Shown piece by piece: positions 41,565-54,564 of a DNA stretch of 64,000 bases. Within the stretch, counting starts at the first letter, position 1, and each line of letters starts with the position of its first letter. A model generated the notes under the pieces. That model was not told the DNA's origin and ran no database searches. It saw only the letters and a list, made by a program, of their open reading frames with translations. The stretch is taken from NCBI RefSeq assembly GCF_006345805.1, contig NC_042997.1, forward strand, positions 39,990,001 to 40,054,000, in the 5' to 3' direction. Both the position numbers and the translations under genes were made by a program. The DNA comes from Octopus sinensis. Lineage: Eukaryota.

Positions 41565-42103
41565 GCCCTGATACAATACAAGGCAGTGGCTCACATGGCT
41601 TTTGATCTTAACTGATTGGAAGTGTTAACATGTACATGTTTTGTCTTGGTATGAAAGATGGGCTACAGCAAATATTCTGCTCAATACCATAGATTTGCTT
41701 GTCAGTTGTTTGACCTTAACCAGTTGATCATGTCCCTTAGTGGCTGACGATATGTGCATCCCTGATCACGAGCAGAAGTAGTGGGGGAGTATCATAGCCA
41801 TGTGTTGAGAGGGATTGTTTGTTTCCCTCTGGAAATATGGGTATTTCGTTCAACATCCTTAAACAACTCTTATTCAGAGACCTTTCAAGCGGGGACCTTT
41901 CGACCTGAAGAAAATTCTAACTGGGCCCCCTCCTGCAAGGTCATGTACTTTTTATCTTGATATGAAATCACTATGTCACGCACATATGGTTGTGATACAT
42001 GTGCCTGGTGTACCCTTATAAGACGGGTAGTCATGATGGGTATATTGGGCTTCATATATTTTACTCCAGTATCACCTTGATGGCATGCGCTGCTCTCTCA
42101 CTC
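41565..42103 (+). mobile_element. ~500-bp non-coding (TAA)n-associated repeat, longest copy
   Basis: Diverged reverse complement of 29439-29934; ends ctctctcactc then (AAT)n. Confidence 0.8.
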
Positions 42104-42171
42104 AATAATAATAATAATAATAATAATAATATAATAATAATAATAATAAAATAATAATAATAATAATAATA

Positions 42172-43082
42172 ATGCATAGACAGTATATACTTCGAAGCCG
42201 AAATGCTGATGTAGACCAAGCAAAAACCTATCAATTGCTGAGAAGTTTAGGACTTAAAGCAGAGACTGAAGGTTTCATACTTGTGGCACGAAATCAAAGC
42301 TTGCTTACAAAAAACTATCAGGCTAACGTTCTTCAAAACGGTTCTGATACTAAATTCAGATTTTGCGATAAATTTGATGAAACAATAGACCATTTCGTCC
42401 CGGGATGTCCTGTGTTGACACCAAACGAATACAAAAATCACCACGATAGGGTAGGACAGTATTTGCATTGGAAAATATGGTAACACTACAAAATCATCAC
42501 ACCTGCTTACTGGTATGAACATCATCCTGAGCCAGTCGTTGAAGGTGAAAATGTCACTATCTTCTGCGATTTTCCAGTCAATACTGACAGAACGATCCAG
42601 GCTAAATGACCAGATATAGCCATTAAAGATAGAGAAGAAAATACTAGTAGACTAATAGATGTAAGTGTTCCCAATAATAAAAATATATCTGTAAAGGAAT
42701 TTGACAAATTAAGTAAATATAAGGACCTGGAAATAGGAAATAGAAAAGATGTGGCATCTTAAAGTGAGAACTGTTCCTGTTATTGGGGGTGCCCTGGGGA
42801 TGATAAGAAAAAGGGATGTCAGAAACATCAAGATAATATCCAAGGAGAACCATGTCTCAGAGGAATCCAAAAGATTGTGCTAACAAGTATTGCCCACATC
42901 CTTAGAAAAACCCTATCAATTAAATGTCTGTTGTATATTAAATATATGAAGATATTTCTCTTCTGCCCCGGCCACTTCCCCTCTCCAAGCTTTTATTCAT
43001 ACTATACCATCTCTTATCCTTCACTCACCCTAAGACGCTAGGTGTGTCTCGGCACGTGATTGTACATGAGGATTAAAAGTAA
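42172..43082 (+). mobile_element. Dong/R4 LINE, 5'-truncated
   Basis: LGLKAETEGFILVARNQSL, RFCDKFDETIDHFVPGC, PDIAIKD..LIDVSVP..KEFDKLSKYKDL; (AAT)n on both sides. Confidence 0.92.
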
Positions 43083-43108
43083 ATAACAACAACAACAATA
43101 ATAATAAT

Positions 43109-43288
43109 ACCTGCAAGTTCATGCGCTGTTTATCTTGATATGAGATCACCATGTCGAGCACATATGGTTGTGATGCATGTGCCTGGTGATGCATGTGCCC
43201 TTATCTGACGGGTAGTCATGATGGGTATACTGGGCTTCGTATATTTTACCCCGGTGTCACTTTGATGGCATGCACTGCTCTCTCATTC
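43109..43288 (+). mobile_element. 5'-truncated copy of the ~500-bp non-coding repeat
   Basis: Matches the 3' 180 bp of 41565-42103; (AAT)n on both sides. Confidence 0.8.
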
Positions 43289-43346
<58 letters not shown>

Positions 43347-43364
43347 TAATAATAATTATCCTTT

Positions 43365-43700
43365 CTACAATTTGCGTAAGTACTCTCTCCAATTTCTACT
43401 CTCCGACAGGTCTTTACTTTGAGCGGTGCCACCCTCTCTTGCAATTTTTGAAACTTTCATCCATCTTTCAATAAATTTACTCGAGAATAGCATCTCCATC
43501 TCCACCCTCACTTTCATTTCCAAGTGAAAGTCGAGAAAGTCCATGAGGGCTCTGCACAAGAGAAACGTCTCTGTCCTTACACCTTTCAGCCTCGTACGAA
43601 ATCACGTCATACTTTTTATCCACTCAGAGGCCTTGATAGAACTAAACTCAAACCAACGTAAATGGACCCCTGATTCAATGACCGACGATACTGCTACTGG
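43365..43700 (-). mobile_element. Possible L1/Tx1-like ORF2 C-terminal fragment
   Basis: FLDFHLEMKVRVEMEMLFSSKFIERWMKVSKIAR recalls Tx1-like ends; adjacent to an AAT array; family from memory only. Confidence 0.35.
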
Positions 43701-43825
43701 TTAACAATGACTTATTGTTCAAGTTACCGACTTTGAAGCTTTCTGATTTGTCTTAGTTTACGAGCACTTCTGTTACTAATTCTAATTTTGTACCAACTAA
43801 TATAAGTTCCGATGTGACCAATACC

Positions 43826-44056
43826 TATTTCTTTATTACCCACAAGGGGCTAAACATAGAGGGGACAAACAAGGACAGAAGACATAGGTATTAATTCGAT
43901 TACATCGACCCCAGTGCGTAAGTGGTACTTAATTTATCGACCCCGAAAGGATAAAAGGTAAAGTCGACCTCGGCGTAATTTGAACTCAGAATGTAACGAC
44001 AGACGAAATAGCGCTAAGCGTTTCGCCCGGCGCGCTAACGTTTCTGCCAGCTCGCC
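43826..44056 (-). mobile_element. SINE family 3 (tail A), full length
   Basis: TSD ccgatgtgaccaatacc at 43809-43825 and 44055-44071. Confidence 0.93.
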
Positions 44057-44503
44057 GATGTGACCAATACCACCATAATGACGGCACCGAGCATATCGTC
44101 CTGATATCCTGATATCCCTGCGTTTCAGCATGCTTGGGATGCTTCTCAGTCCTACCGTTTTCTGTAGTAGTAGTAGTAGTAGTAGCTCATCGTCAAAATG
44201 TATGGCGACAATGAGAGTAGACACTCTTAACAGACCGTCTGTTGGTTAGTTCCAAATAACATCAATTATGATATGCATCGTCAAAATAAATTATTGGTTT
44301 GCATCTGAAGATTTATTTCTTCGGTTATAAGCGTATGAGAATGTTAAAAGTAGAATCTCTCTTGAGAAATTCAAGTCAACAAGTGGCAAAACGTCTTATA
44401 TTTTTAATGATAAATATGCTGATACATATGTTTGTGAAAATGTGCGTATTTATCTTGGCGTACGGCCGTGTGTATCTAAGCATATATACATATACCACAC
44501 ACG

Positions 44504-44562
<59 letters not shown>

Positions 44563-44567
44563 GTGCA

Positions 44568-44798
44568 AGGCGGCGAGCTGGTAGAAACGTTAGCACGCCG
44601 GGCGAAATTCGTAGTCGTATTTCGTCTGTCGTTACGTTCCGAGTTCAAATTCCGCCGAGGTCGACTTTGCCTTTCATCCTTTCGGGGTCGATAAATTAAG
44701 TACCAGTTACGCACTGGAGTCGATGTAGTCGACTTAATCCCTTTGTCTGTCCTTGTTTGTCCCCTCTGTGTTTATCCCCTTGTGGGTAGTAAAGAAAT
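44568..44798 (+). mobile_element. SINE family 3 (tail A), full length
   Basis: GGCGGCGAGCTGGTAGAAACGTTAGC...GAGTTCAAATTCC...GCCTTTCATCCTTTCGGGGTCGATAAATTAAGTACCAG...GTAAAGAAATA. Confidence 0.92.
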
Positions 44799-44992
44799 AT
44801 ATATATATATGTGTGCTGCCTCATGTAACCGAGGAAGACCATTACTGGCCATTAAGAACATTGTGTTCTCAAACAAATTTATACTTTTCATTCGTAGCTC
44901 AGCTGGTGACTAATAAGCCAAGCCCTTGATAAACAATAACATTAGCAGATATTGCTGATCAAGTTCACCCATTCATTACACACGCACGCACG

Positions 44993-45060
<68 letters not shown>

Positions 45061-45068
45061 CGCACACA

Positions 45069-45900
45069 TATGAGGGGCGGCCGTAAAGTTCATAGGTCGA
45101 CCAAGATACTCTCATGGGATGTGACCAATTGAGGTTTATTTTTCAACATGGTTCCCTTTGAGGTCCATACAATTATTCTATCGGTGTTGCTGTGCTTGGA
45201 TCCCATTGGTGAACAAGCTTTGATTCTGTTGGTCAATAAAGTCAGCAGCAGATATGACGTCATCATCACTGTCGTACTGGTTCCCAAGCCTAGTTGGGTT
45301 TTTTACATGCTGGGGAATACATGATAGTCAGATGGGGTCAAATCAGGATAGGGAAGGTGGTCAACCAGTTCAAAGCCACAGTCAGACACAACAACTATTG
45401 AAACCATTGAAACGTGTGTGTCGGAGCATTGGCGAAATGCTTAGCGGTATTTCGTCTGCGTTACGTTGTGAGTTCAAATTCCGCCGAGGTCGACTTTGCC
45501 TTTCATCCTTTCGGGGTCGATAAATTAAGTACCAGTTACGCACTGGGGTCGATATAATCGACTTAATACCTATGTCTGTCATTGTTTGTCCCCTCTATGT
45601 TTAGCCCCTTGTGGGTAGTAAAGAAATATGTACTGATGAAAGAAGGTCGCTTTCGTCAGTTTTCTTGGAAGTTTGGTCTTGATAGCCTTTCGTAACTGCG
45701 TCAACAAGTTGACATAATACTCTCCATTATTGCTGTAGCCCTTTTGAGGATAGTCAATAAACACAATGCCGTTTGCTTCCCCCAAAACCGAGTCCATCAC
45801 CTTCCCTGCAGATGAAACGATTTTGGCCATCTTTGGGACAGGTGAGAAGGGAGTATTTCCACTGCATGGATTGTCTTTTTGCCTTTAGCGCAAAGTGATG
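45069..45900 (-). mobile_element. Mariner relic, 3' half, interrupted by a SINE
   Basis: SAGKVMDSV..GIVFIDY..GEYYVNLL.QLRKAI; DHLPYPDLTPSDYHVF (YSPDL-like); right TIR beginning TATGAGGGGCGG at 45069. Confidence 0.88.
45405..45628 (+). mobile_element. SINE family 3 (tail A) nested in the mariner
   Basis: Consensus match. Confidence 0.88.
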
Positions 45901-46568
45901 AAGCTAACGTTTATCTTGGGTTAGAAAACATTCAAGGAAACTGACACAATGTCAGATTTTTCCCAAGATGTGATCAGCCTGGTGTGCTTTTGATCAAGTG
46001 TCAAACGATGTGGCAGCCACCGAGTAAAAACTTTCGTCATACCAAATATATTGTGCAGAATTGGTTATTTGATTTATAGCCAATCGCCTGTTGTCCATTA
46101 CTATGTGGTGACTGTTTTCCTTGGTCGTGGCGGTTGCAGGAAGTGCAAAATTTGGATTATGTTCAAAACTCTCCCTCCCCCTCCCCTCCCCCTCCTCCTC
46201 CTCTATTCAGTGGCCCACTTTTGCACTGTTGACGAAGCTTAGAGTGTCATCCCCTATTGTAGCAAGCATGTCAGCTTGAATGCCGTTGGGGACTAAAACC
46301 TTTTCTTCTGCAGGTTCCTTAAGAATGCCACGATGTCAAATATAGTTGACGTTCAAGAGAAGTCGTCACTAGTTACGTTTGAAGTGTTCCTTTAAAGAGT
46401 CAGATATCAGTTTATTTACTTGGAGAGAAACAATGCAGTTATTAATAAGATGAGCTGAACTTAATGTGAGCAAGATTTTAGAGCTCTAGCATCACTCCTC
46501 GTGGTTAGTCTATGAAGTTTTAAACTCATCCTTGTGTATATTCTGGAGACTGTCAGAATAATGTGGAC

Positions 46569-46611
46569 GTCTGTGATGAGAACCCAGTAAGGTTCGAAAA
46601 TCGATTAAGGT
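46569..46611 (+). ncRNA. Candidate degenerate type I hammerhead motif (C3G)
   Basis: gtct-GTGATGA-GAACC-cagtaa-GGTTC-GAA-AATCGATT-A-aggt: 5-bp helix II and 8-nt palindromic helix III. Confidence 0.5.
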
Positions 46612-46896
46612 TGTTCATCGCGTTTTCAGTCTGCGGAGAAATGGCTAAAATTTGCCTTGTTTATATATATGTATATATTATACCAAATGTTACACACACA
46701 TACACTCGAGCGTATGTGTGGTGTGTGCGTGTACGTGCGTAGTTTTTCTAACAGCTGGAACTCGAAGTAGATAACGCTTTGAATAATAGCGTGTAAAATA
46801 TTTGATAATGCTTTTGGAAAAAAAAAAGTCGAAGTCTGCGCATGTATGTATGTATACGCACACAAAACACAATATATATATACATATACCTCATGC

Positions 46897-46970
<74 letters not shown>

Positions 46971-46974
46971 ATAT

Positions 46975-47165
46975 ATAACGGGAAGCTTTATGAAAATAAA
47001 CAAAAGACGAAGGCAGGTGGAGTACAAACAAACAATTGTATTAGTATGACGCTCAGGAATATAAATAAAACAAGTCTTTTACGTTTCGAGCCTACGCTCT
47101 TCAACAGAAAAATTCACAGAAAAGAAACAAGGAGAGAAAAAATTGCGTGCAGAAGCTAGCGATTC
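46975..47165 (-). mobile_element. Solo copy of the 200-bp pseudo-LTR / retrozyme-like unit
   Basis: Homologous to 24250-24450; motif CTGTTGA-A-GAGC-gtag-GCTC-GAAACGTA at 47076-47111. Confidence 0.75.
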
Positions 47166-47794
47166 AACATATAGATATATAGATATGTGTGTGTGTGTGT
47201 ATGTGTGTGTTATGTGTGTTTTTATTCATTTCCTACTATACCTTTGAAAATGTATATATATATATATATATATATATACAATATTGTGCGGATGACCGCA
47301 AACAAAACTACTTTAATAAGATCAATCTTCATTATATTTTGATTCCGGTATGATAAAGAAGATGCAATTACGTCTAAGGTTATAGTTGAGTGACTTGACC
47401 TTGGTGATGCCTTCAATGACGGGCAAAATTCGAATATAATTACAGAAGGTGATGCACCCAAATTTAAACACCGTAAATAACTTGTTCCCAAGTCTCAACC
47501 GATCATATCAAAGTTACCTTATAAATAATTCAATACTATTAATTTTAATCTTATTTGTTCCTGAAATATTTGTCTTTTCTCTTCGCGTCTTCTTTCTGCA
47601 TTCCTCATCTCCGTATCCAATAAACACAACAAGAAATGAAAAAACATTGTCTTATACTTCTTAAAGCATCTTAACTGTTTATACTCATCTGCTGAGGTTT
47701 ACTGATTTCTATTTGTTTAAGCCTTTATTTATTATAGTGTTCCCAGATCATTTCTTGTCTTCTGCTTTTACACGTGATAAATATGGTATTTGCA

Positions 47795-48212
47795 ACTCTC
47801 TTTACTCTCTCTCTTTTACTCTTTTACTTGTTTCAGTCATTTTGACTGCGGCCATGCTGGAGCACCGCCTTTAGTCGAGCAAATCGACCCCGGGACTTAT
47901 TCTTTGTAAGTCCAGTACTTATTCTATCGGTCTCTTTTGCCGAACCGCTAGGTGGCGGGGACGTAAACGCACCAGCATCGGTTGTCAAGCAATGCTAGGG
48001 GGACAAACACAGACACACAAACATATACACACACACTTATATATATATACATATATACGACAGGCTTCTTTCAGTTTCCGTCTACCAAATCCACTCGCAA
48101 GGCTTTGGTCGGCCCGGGGCTATAGCAGAAGACACTTGCCCAAGATGCCACGCAGTGGGACTGAACCCGGAACCATGTGGTTGGTAAGCAAGCTACTTAC
48201 CACACAGCCACT
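47795..48212 (-). mobile_element. SINE family 1, full length
   Basis: Full consensus match. Confidence 0.9.
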
Positions 48213-48485
48213 CAGATCTTAGAGCTTTCATTAATAATTTTATTTTACCTGTTTATATTTATCCGCTGAAGTTCACTGATATCTGTTTATTTAAGCCTTC
48301 GTTGATTTATTTGTATCGTCTTCAGATATAATTTCTCTGTTGCTTTTATAAGTCGTAAACATAACATCTGCAATTGTTTCATGTTAAGAAACTTTCATCA
48401 GTAACTTTACTTTCATTATTTCGTTAGTTCATTCAATTTATGTTTTACTGCTCTCGTAATATACTCTATTGTATCCTTACTCTGG

Positions 48486-48860
48486 TTAGAGCAGCGGACT
48501 CGCGGTCATAGGATCGCGGTTTCGATTCCCAGACCGGGCGTTGTGAGTGTTTATTGAGCGAAAATACCTAAAGCTCCACGAGGCTCCGGCAGGGGATGGT
48601 GGTGATCCCTGCTGTACTCTTTCACCACTCTTACTTGCTGTACTCTTTCTCTCACTCTTACTTCCTGTTTCTGTTGTACCTGTATTTCAAAGGGCCGGCC
48701 TTGTCACTCTCTGTGTCACGCTGAATATCCCCGAGAACTACGTTAAGGGTACACGTGTCTGTGGAGTGCTCAGCCACTTACACGTTAATTTCACGAGCAG
48801 GCTGTTCCGTTGATTCGGATCAACCGGAACCCTGGTCGTCGTAACCGACATAGTGCTTCC
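48486..48860 (+). mobile_element. SINE family 2, tail A, slightly 5'-truncated
   Basis: Matches 9980-10336. Confidence 0.9.
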
Positions 48861-50120
48861 ACCCCACTCTTTAAATCCTCCCCAAGAGCCTTAAAAATGA
48901 CAAAAGGTTGGTGGCTGAAAGATGTAGTCTTGTTTATACTAAACAGCATTATACTAAAGATGGTAAAATGCATTGAACAAGGTTAAAAGCAATGATGGTT
49001 GAAAAACAGACGAGAAAAAAGTAGATATGGATGCAAATAAAGTGCAAAATACATGGAGTTACATTTTGAAAACTGAAGAAAAGCAAACATTAGACATAAA
49101 TTTAAAGGTTAAAGCGAAAAATGTAGAGCAGGACGCAATCTGAAATCGGAAAGCACTAAAGATATTAAAAATATAATCGAGATATAATAGAAAAATGCGC
49201 TAGACTATATGCAGAACAGCTATAAAGAAGGGGAATTGTATCAAATCTCAACTGTACACTAAGTCCAATAATGTATTAAAATACTCTTAGAGGGAAAATT
49301 TTTTATAAATTGAATGTCGTAAAATATTCTCTTATGTAATACAGAAAAGCTATTCCGAAATAGATGAGAAATTTAAATGAACACAAGCATGCAACTGTGC
49401 AATAATAAAATCTTAACAAATGAAAACGCAATCAAAATGAATACATAGGATAACGTTCCTATTGTCGGAGAAATAATCGATGATAGAGAATGCAAAATCT
49501 TGATAAATAAATAAATAAATAAATAAATAAGGAGAAGATGGAAAAAAGGGGTATAAAGCAACCTAAATTATTTAGTTTAGAGATATGAAAAAAAAAAAAA
49601 AACTAATGAAGGCTACTGTAAAAAACACAGCTGAAACACAAATGTTGAGTTTCAGACCAAAGGAAAACTAGAATATATATAAATGTTAATAATTCTGTGA
49701 ACGAAAAAACAAAAAAACTGTTTAATACTAATTCTTTTAAAAAAATGTTTCTTCGATCGTCAATAATTGACCCCCACCCACTCTCTCTTCTCCCCCATCC
49801 CAACAAGCACACGAACGAGAAAGCTAAAATATAGTTTTATTCTGCTTGTTACAACATGCGCCCGATTGTTATGCTTATCTAAGGAACGAAACTGAAGACA
49901 TCCAACATTTAACAACGAAACAAGCTTGAGTGTTACGCTTTAAACAATCTTAACAATAGAAAGCGCAATCGAAATATTTAACTTAATGCAACAAAGTTGT
50001 AAATAACTATAAATTCATGACTATAGATAGAAGTAAGAACGTTTATAAAATGTGAAATTTCCATCCACCCCTCTAGTACTAATAAATGGAATAGGAGTTA
50101 AATTCACTTAAAAATTCATG

Positions 50121-50507
50121 TTTTCTACTCTAGGCACAAGGCATGAAATTATTAGGGGTGGGGGCAGTCGATTAGATCGACCCAGTACGGAACTGGTACT
50201 TAATTTGTCGACCCTGAAAGGCAAAGTCGACTTCGGTGGAATTTGAACTCAGAACATAAAGACTGACGAAATACCTATTTCTTTACTACCCACAAGGGGC
50301 TAAACACAGAGAGGACAAACAAGGACAGACAAACAGATTAAGTCGATTATATCGACCCCAGTGCGTAACTGGTACTTATTTAATCGACCCCGACAGGATG
50401 AAAGGCAAAGTCGACTCGGCGGAATTTGATCTCAGAACGTAACGGCAGACGAAATACCGCTAAGCATTTCGTCCGGTGTGCTAACGGTTCTGCCAGCTCG
50501 CCGCCTT
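50121..50507 (-). mobile_element. Dimeric SINE family 3 (tail-A monomer plus headless tail-B monomer)
   Basis: 14-bp TSD ttcacttaaaaatt at 50103-50116 and 50506-50519 flanks the whole dimer. Confidence 0.88.
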
Positions 50508-50599
50508 CACTTAAAAATTAATATAACAGCAATTGCATTACAGTAAAGTTTAAGAACCAACACACATGTATATACACTTTTCTTATGTTATGGCACCAT

Positions 50600-51222
50600 A
50601 GCAGCGATCTGAAAGAAACGTTAACGCGCCGGATAAAATGCTTAATTGTATTTTTTACGGCTTTACGTTCTGAGTTCAAATGCTGCCAAAGTCGACTTTT
50701 CTTTTTATCCTTTCGGTGGGGTTGAGAAGATAAGTACCAATTCAGGTAGATGGCAGAAAGCATTATTTTGTACTACTGTAGTAGTGACCTGGCCGAATCG
50801 TTAGGGCGCCAAATAAAATGATTAGCTACATTTCTTTTGACTTTACGTTCTGAGTTCAAATGGTGCTGAGGTCAACTTTGAGTTTCAATCTTTTGGAGGT
50901 CAATAAAATAAATACCAGTCGAGCACTGGAGTTATATAGATGTCTATTCCCCTCTCAGCAAATTTCAAGCTTGCACCTATAAGAGAAAGAATTATTTTAT
51001 GCCAGTAATGTTTGTTTCTACTTATAGGCACAAGAATGGAAATTTTTGGGGAGGAGACTGGTCGTTTACGTCGACTCCACTGCTCAACTGGTAGTTATTC
51101 GATCGACCCCGAGAAGATGAAACGCAAATTCGACTTCGGCGGAATTTGAACTTAGAGCGTAAGGCTGGAAGAAATACTTCGAATAATTTTGTCTGGCGCG
51201 CAAATATTCTACCAGCTCACAG
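50600..51222. mobile_element. Three degraded SINE family 3 copies (50600-50745 +, 50790-50995 +, 51005-51222 -)
   Basis: Repeated ttacgttctgagttcaaat core. Confidence 0.75.
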
Positions 51223-51351
51223 CCTTTGTACCATTATGCTACTAATATTAGATATCGAAGTCATTCATCGTAGACGTACAATGAAAGACCGCATAATATG
51301 TTATAATATATCGTCAATCAAAAGAAAAAGATGATATAAAAGTAAATAAGT

Positions 51352-51511
51352 GTACGTGGCTGTGTGGTAAGTAGCTTGTTTACCAACCACATGGCTCCGG
51401 GTTCACTCCCACTGCGTGGCACCTTGGGCAAGTGTCTTCTACTATAGCCTCGGGCCGACCAAAGCCTTGTGAGTGGATTTGGTAGACGGAAACTGAAAGA
51501 AGCCCGTCGTA

Positions 51512-51569
<58 letters not shown>

Positions 51570-51790
51570 TGTGTGTGTGTTTGTGTGTCTGTGTTTGTCC
51601 CCCTAGCATTGCTTGACAATCGATGCTGGTGTGTTTATGTCCCCGTTACTTAGCGGTTCGGCAAAAGAGACCGATAGAATAAGTACTGGGCTTACAAAAG
51701 AATAAGTCCCGGGGTCGAGTTGTTCGATTAAAGGCGGTGCTCCAGCATGGCCGCAATCAAAATGAAAAAACGAAGTAAAAGAGTAAAAGA
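51352..51790 (+). mobile_element. SINE family 1, full length
   Basis: Full consensus match. Confidence 0.9.
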
Positions 51791-51913
51791 GTACGTCTTT
51801 AATTGATATCAAAAACTCCCCACGATACATCCATATAGTAGCAACACACAAGCTCAGATCTAATCAGATGTCAAACAAATGCAAAAAGCGAAGCATTTAA
51901 GAGTGTTTATTAA

Positions 51914-52070
51914 GGCGGCGAGATGGCAGAGTCGTCAGCGCGCTGGACAAAATGTTTAGTGGGATTTCGTCCGTCTTTAGTTCCGAGTTCAAATTCCGCC
52001 GAGGTCGACTTTGTCTTTCATTCTTCCGGGGTCGATAAAATAAGTACCAGTTGAGTACAGTGTAACAGAC
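51914..52070 (+). mobile_element. SINE family 3
   Basis: Consensus head and core. Confidence 0.85.
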
Positions 52071-52191
52071 TAACCCCACAAGAATTTTAAAAAGTATATT
52101 TACTTGTATACAGGCATTGTCTTATATCTTTATATTTCATTGTGTATAATCAAATAACTTTTGATTTCCTTCCTTGGAGCATTTACGGTAT

Positions 52192-52233
<42 letters not shown>

Positions 52234-52234
<1 letters not shown>

Positions 52235-52336
52235 TAAATGAGGGCAAAGGAAAAAAATTCTAATGCCAAATATGCCGAAAAAGATTCTAATGCCAAATAG
52301 TTGGCATTAGAATTTTTTTCCTTTGCCCTCATTTAT
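52234..52336. repeat. Perfect 36-bp inverted repeat with a 31-bp spacer
   Basis: 52234-52269 is the exact reverse complement of 52301-52336. Confidence 0.95.
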
Positions 52337-52444
52337 GAATTGTTTATAAACTTAACCGTTAAAGGTATTTTTTAATATGCTGGCCATTGATAAAATTTTT
52401 TTCGAGAAAATATGTTTTTTCGAAAAGAATTTTATCCTCACATT

Positions 52445-52519
<75 letters not shown>

Positions 52520-53533
52520 GAATGTTGATAATAAGACTGACACAACACTGTTGAAAAGTAAAAACGTAGTATCTTATTTGGTATGCTATTTTATAATCTT
52601 GCAGAGTTATGATCATATAAACCACCGAAAATACAATATCGTTAATCTGGTTTATGATAATATTGTACTTGATGATAGTTTTCAATTCATTTGAGGAAAA
52701 TGTTTAAAAATAAAATATATCCAAGTCATTCGGATAAAAGCAAAAGGAAAGATGAAAAGAACGGAGAATACCCTACATTTCAGATGGTATTCATCGAATG
52801 TAGAGAATGACTTAGGGAATATTCCAAGACAGCGTTAATTCAGCTTTTGTGATGTGTTAATAACAACCAAATCTTTAAACGAATCATATGAGATAATGCA
52901 TTAAGATTTATGATCTATTCTCTACGGTAACAAGATTAACACAGAACGATTATAGTTACCAACAGAAAAAGCAGAACTAGATTATAAGTAATATTTGTTA
53001 ATACAGTTACTTGTATATCTACTTATTTTTATATTTAGTTTCTTTTTCTAAGTAGATCTTTCACTATCTTTTCGCGATGCAATATTCCTTCTTGCAAAAC
53101 AAAGCTTACCAATGAAGAGTAAACTTATTATGTACGTCGATGTCTGTATCAGCGTGTTATGCAGTTATGTTGCTGCTCAAGCTTAGTTCTACATGTAAGA
53201 TTATTTATCAAAGGCGTTCCAGCCTTGACAATCTCACTTATTTATCAGGCACTGTGTGTCCAAGAACGTTATGTAATAGCTCCTTTCCCAATACAATAGG
53301 ATGCGGTATGAGTCAAATCGTAAAAAGAAATTCTGCGTTTGCTCAGTATAGAGGTCCTTTATTTCCTACCATCTCTGATTGAGCAGACACATGATTAAAC
53401 ACACACCATTCGTGGTAATCTGTTTGTATATATATATACAACCTTATGTGCTCTTTTTTCAAACGGTAGGGTGTGGCTTAGGGGATTTGGGCTGATATTT
53501 GTGGTAGATTGAGCTACCGCATAGACTCTAGAC

Positions 53534-53738
53534 CAGTACTTTTCAAACTTTTTGCTGGAGCGGAACCCCAAGGAAACATTCCACTGACTCGAGGAACCCC
53601 TGTGCAATAATTTAATAGTCTTATGCACACATATCTGCACAGGAGACTTAAAAATTACTGCCGATTTTAGCAGTTTTGTAACGTCTTGCGGAACCCCTGC
53701 ACTGTACTGCACCGCGGAAACCTGGTTGACAACCATTG
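53534..53738. mobile_element. hAT-type (Charlie-like) MITE, 205 bp
   Basis: Ends CAGTACTTTTCAAAC...GGTTGACAACCATTG; 8-bp TSD ctctagac at 53526-53533 and 53739-53746. Confidence 0.9.
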
Positions 53739-54564
53739 CTCTAGACTATAGGTTCTAGATTGTAGAGTCAACGTATCGAGTCTAGGTACTCTGACAACGG
53801 CTCGACTTTGCGATTTTCTCTTTCATTGGTATGCATTATCTTTTATTTGTACACATTTTCATATCATGGGAAGTGTCATATTTTCTCCCCTTTTCCTTGT
53901 AGACACGTTTTATAGCAGTTATCGGTCAATGTTATAATGTTATCACTAGACTTTCTTTTCGGGTTTGCTTATTTCGTTCAGAGATTCTAACACACACACA
54001 CATGCGTGTGTGTGTGTGAGTGTGAGTGCGGGTGTGAGTGTGGGTATGTGTGTCTTAACACTATTTACCTGATGCTAGAATGTCTAAGTTATCACTGTAG
54101 ATGTCCCTTGCCGTAAGTTTTGTTGCTTTTGTGCAGAGACCATAACAACTTGATGAACAGAAACTGTTCGTTGTACGAATGAGAATGACTCAGCAATAAA
54201 AACAAGCTTGATACTAGCTTTCAACCACTTATCGATCACGGATATATGGAAGGCTTAGTCAACATCGTCATGATTCTAAATTAAGATTATTAACTATCGC
54301 GTGGATCAGTCTTGCTGACTATAATTCTGCAGCGATGCATCAACTTGAATAGTGTACAATTACAATTTTCAGTTATAAACCTTCAGACTAATTCTTGAAA
54401 TACCTAACATTCATAATAAGCATAGATCACTAGAGATATTTTACGAAGATAATACTTCCTTTTAATTACATGCTCGTAACTTACGTTTATGTTGCTTTTA
54501 TATATATTCAAGGAGAGATACTTAAAATAGTGACAAAGAAAATATTCACCATGATACCTTGTGT

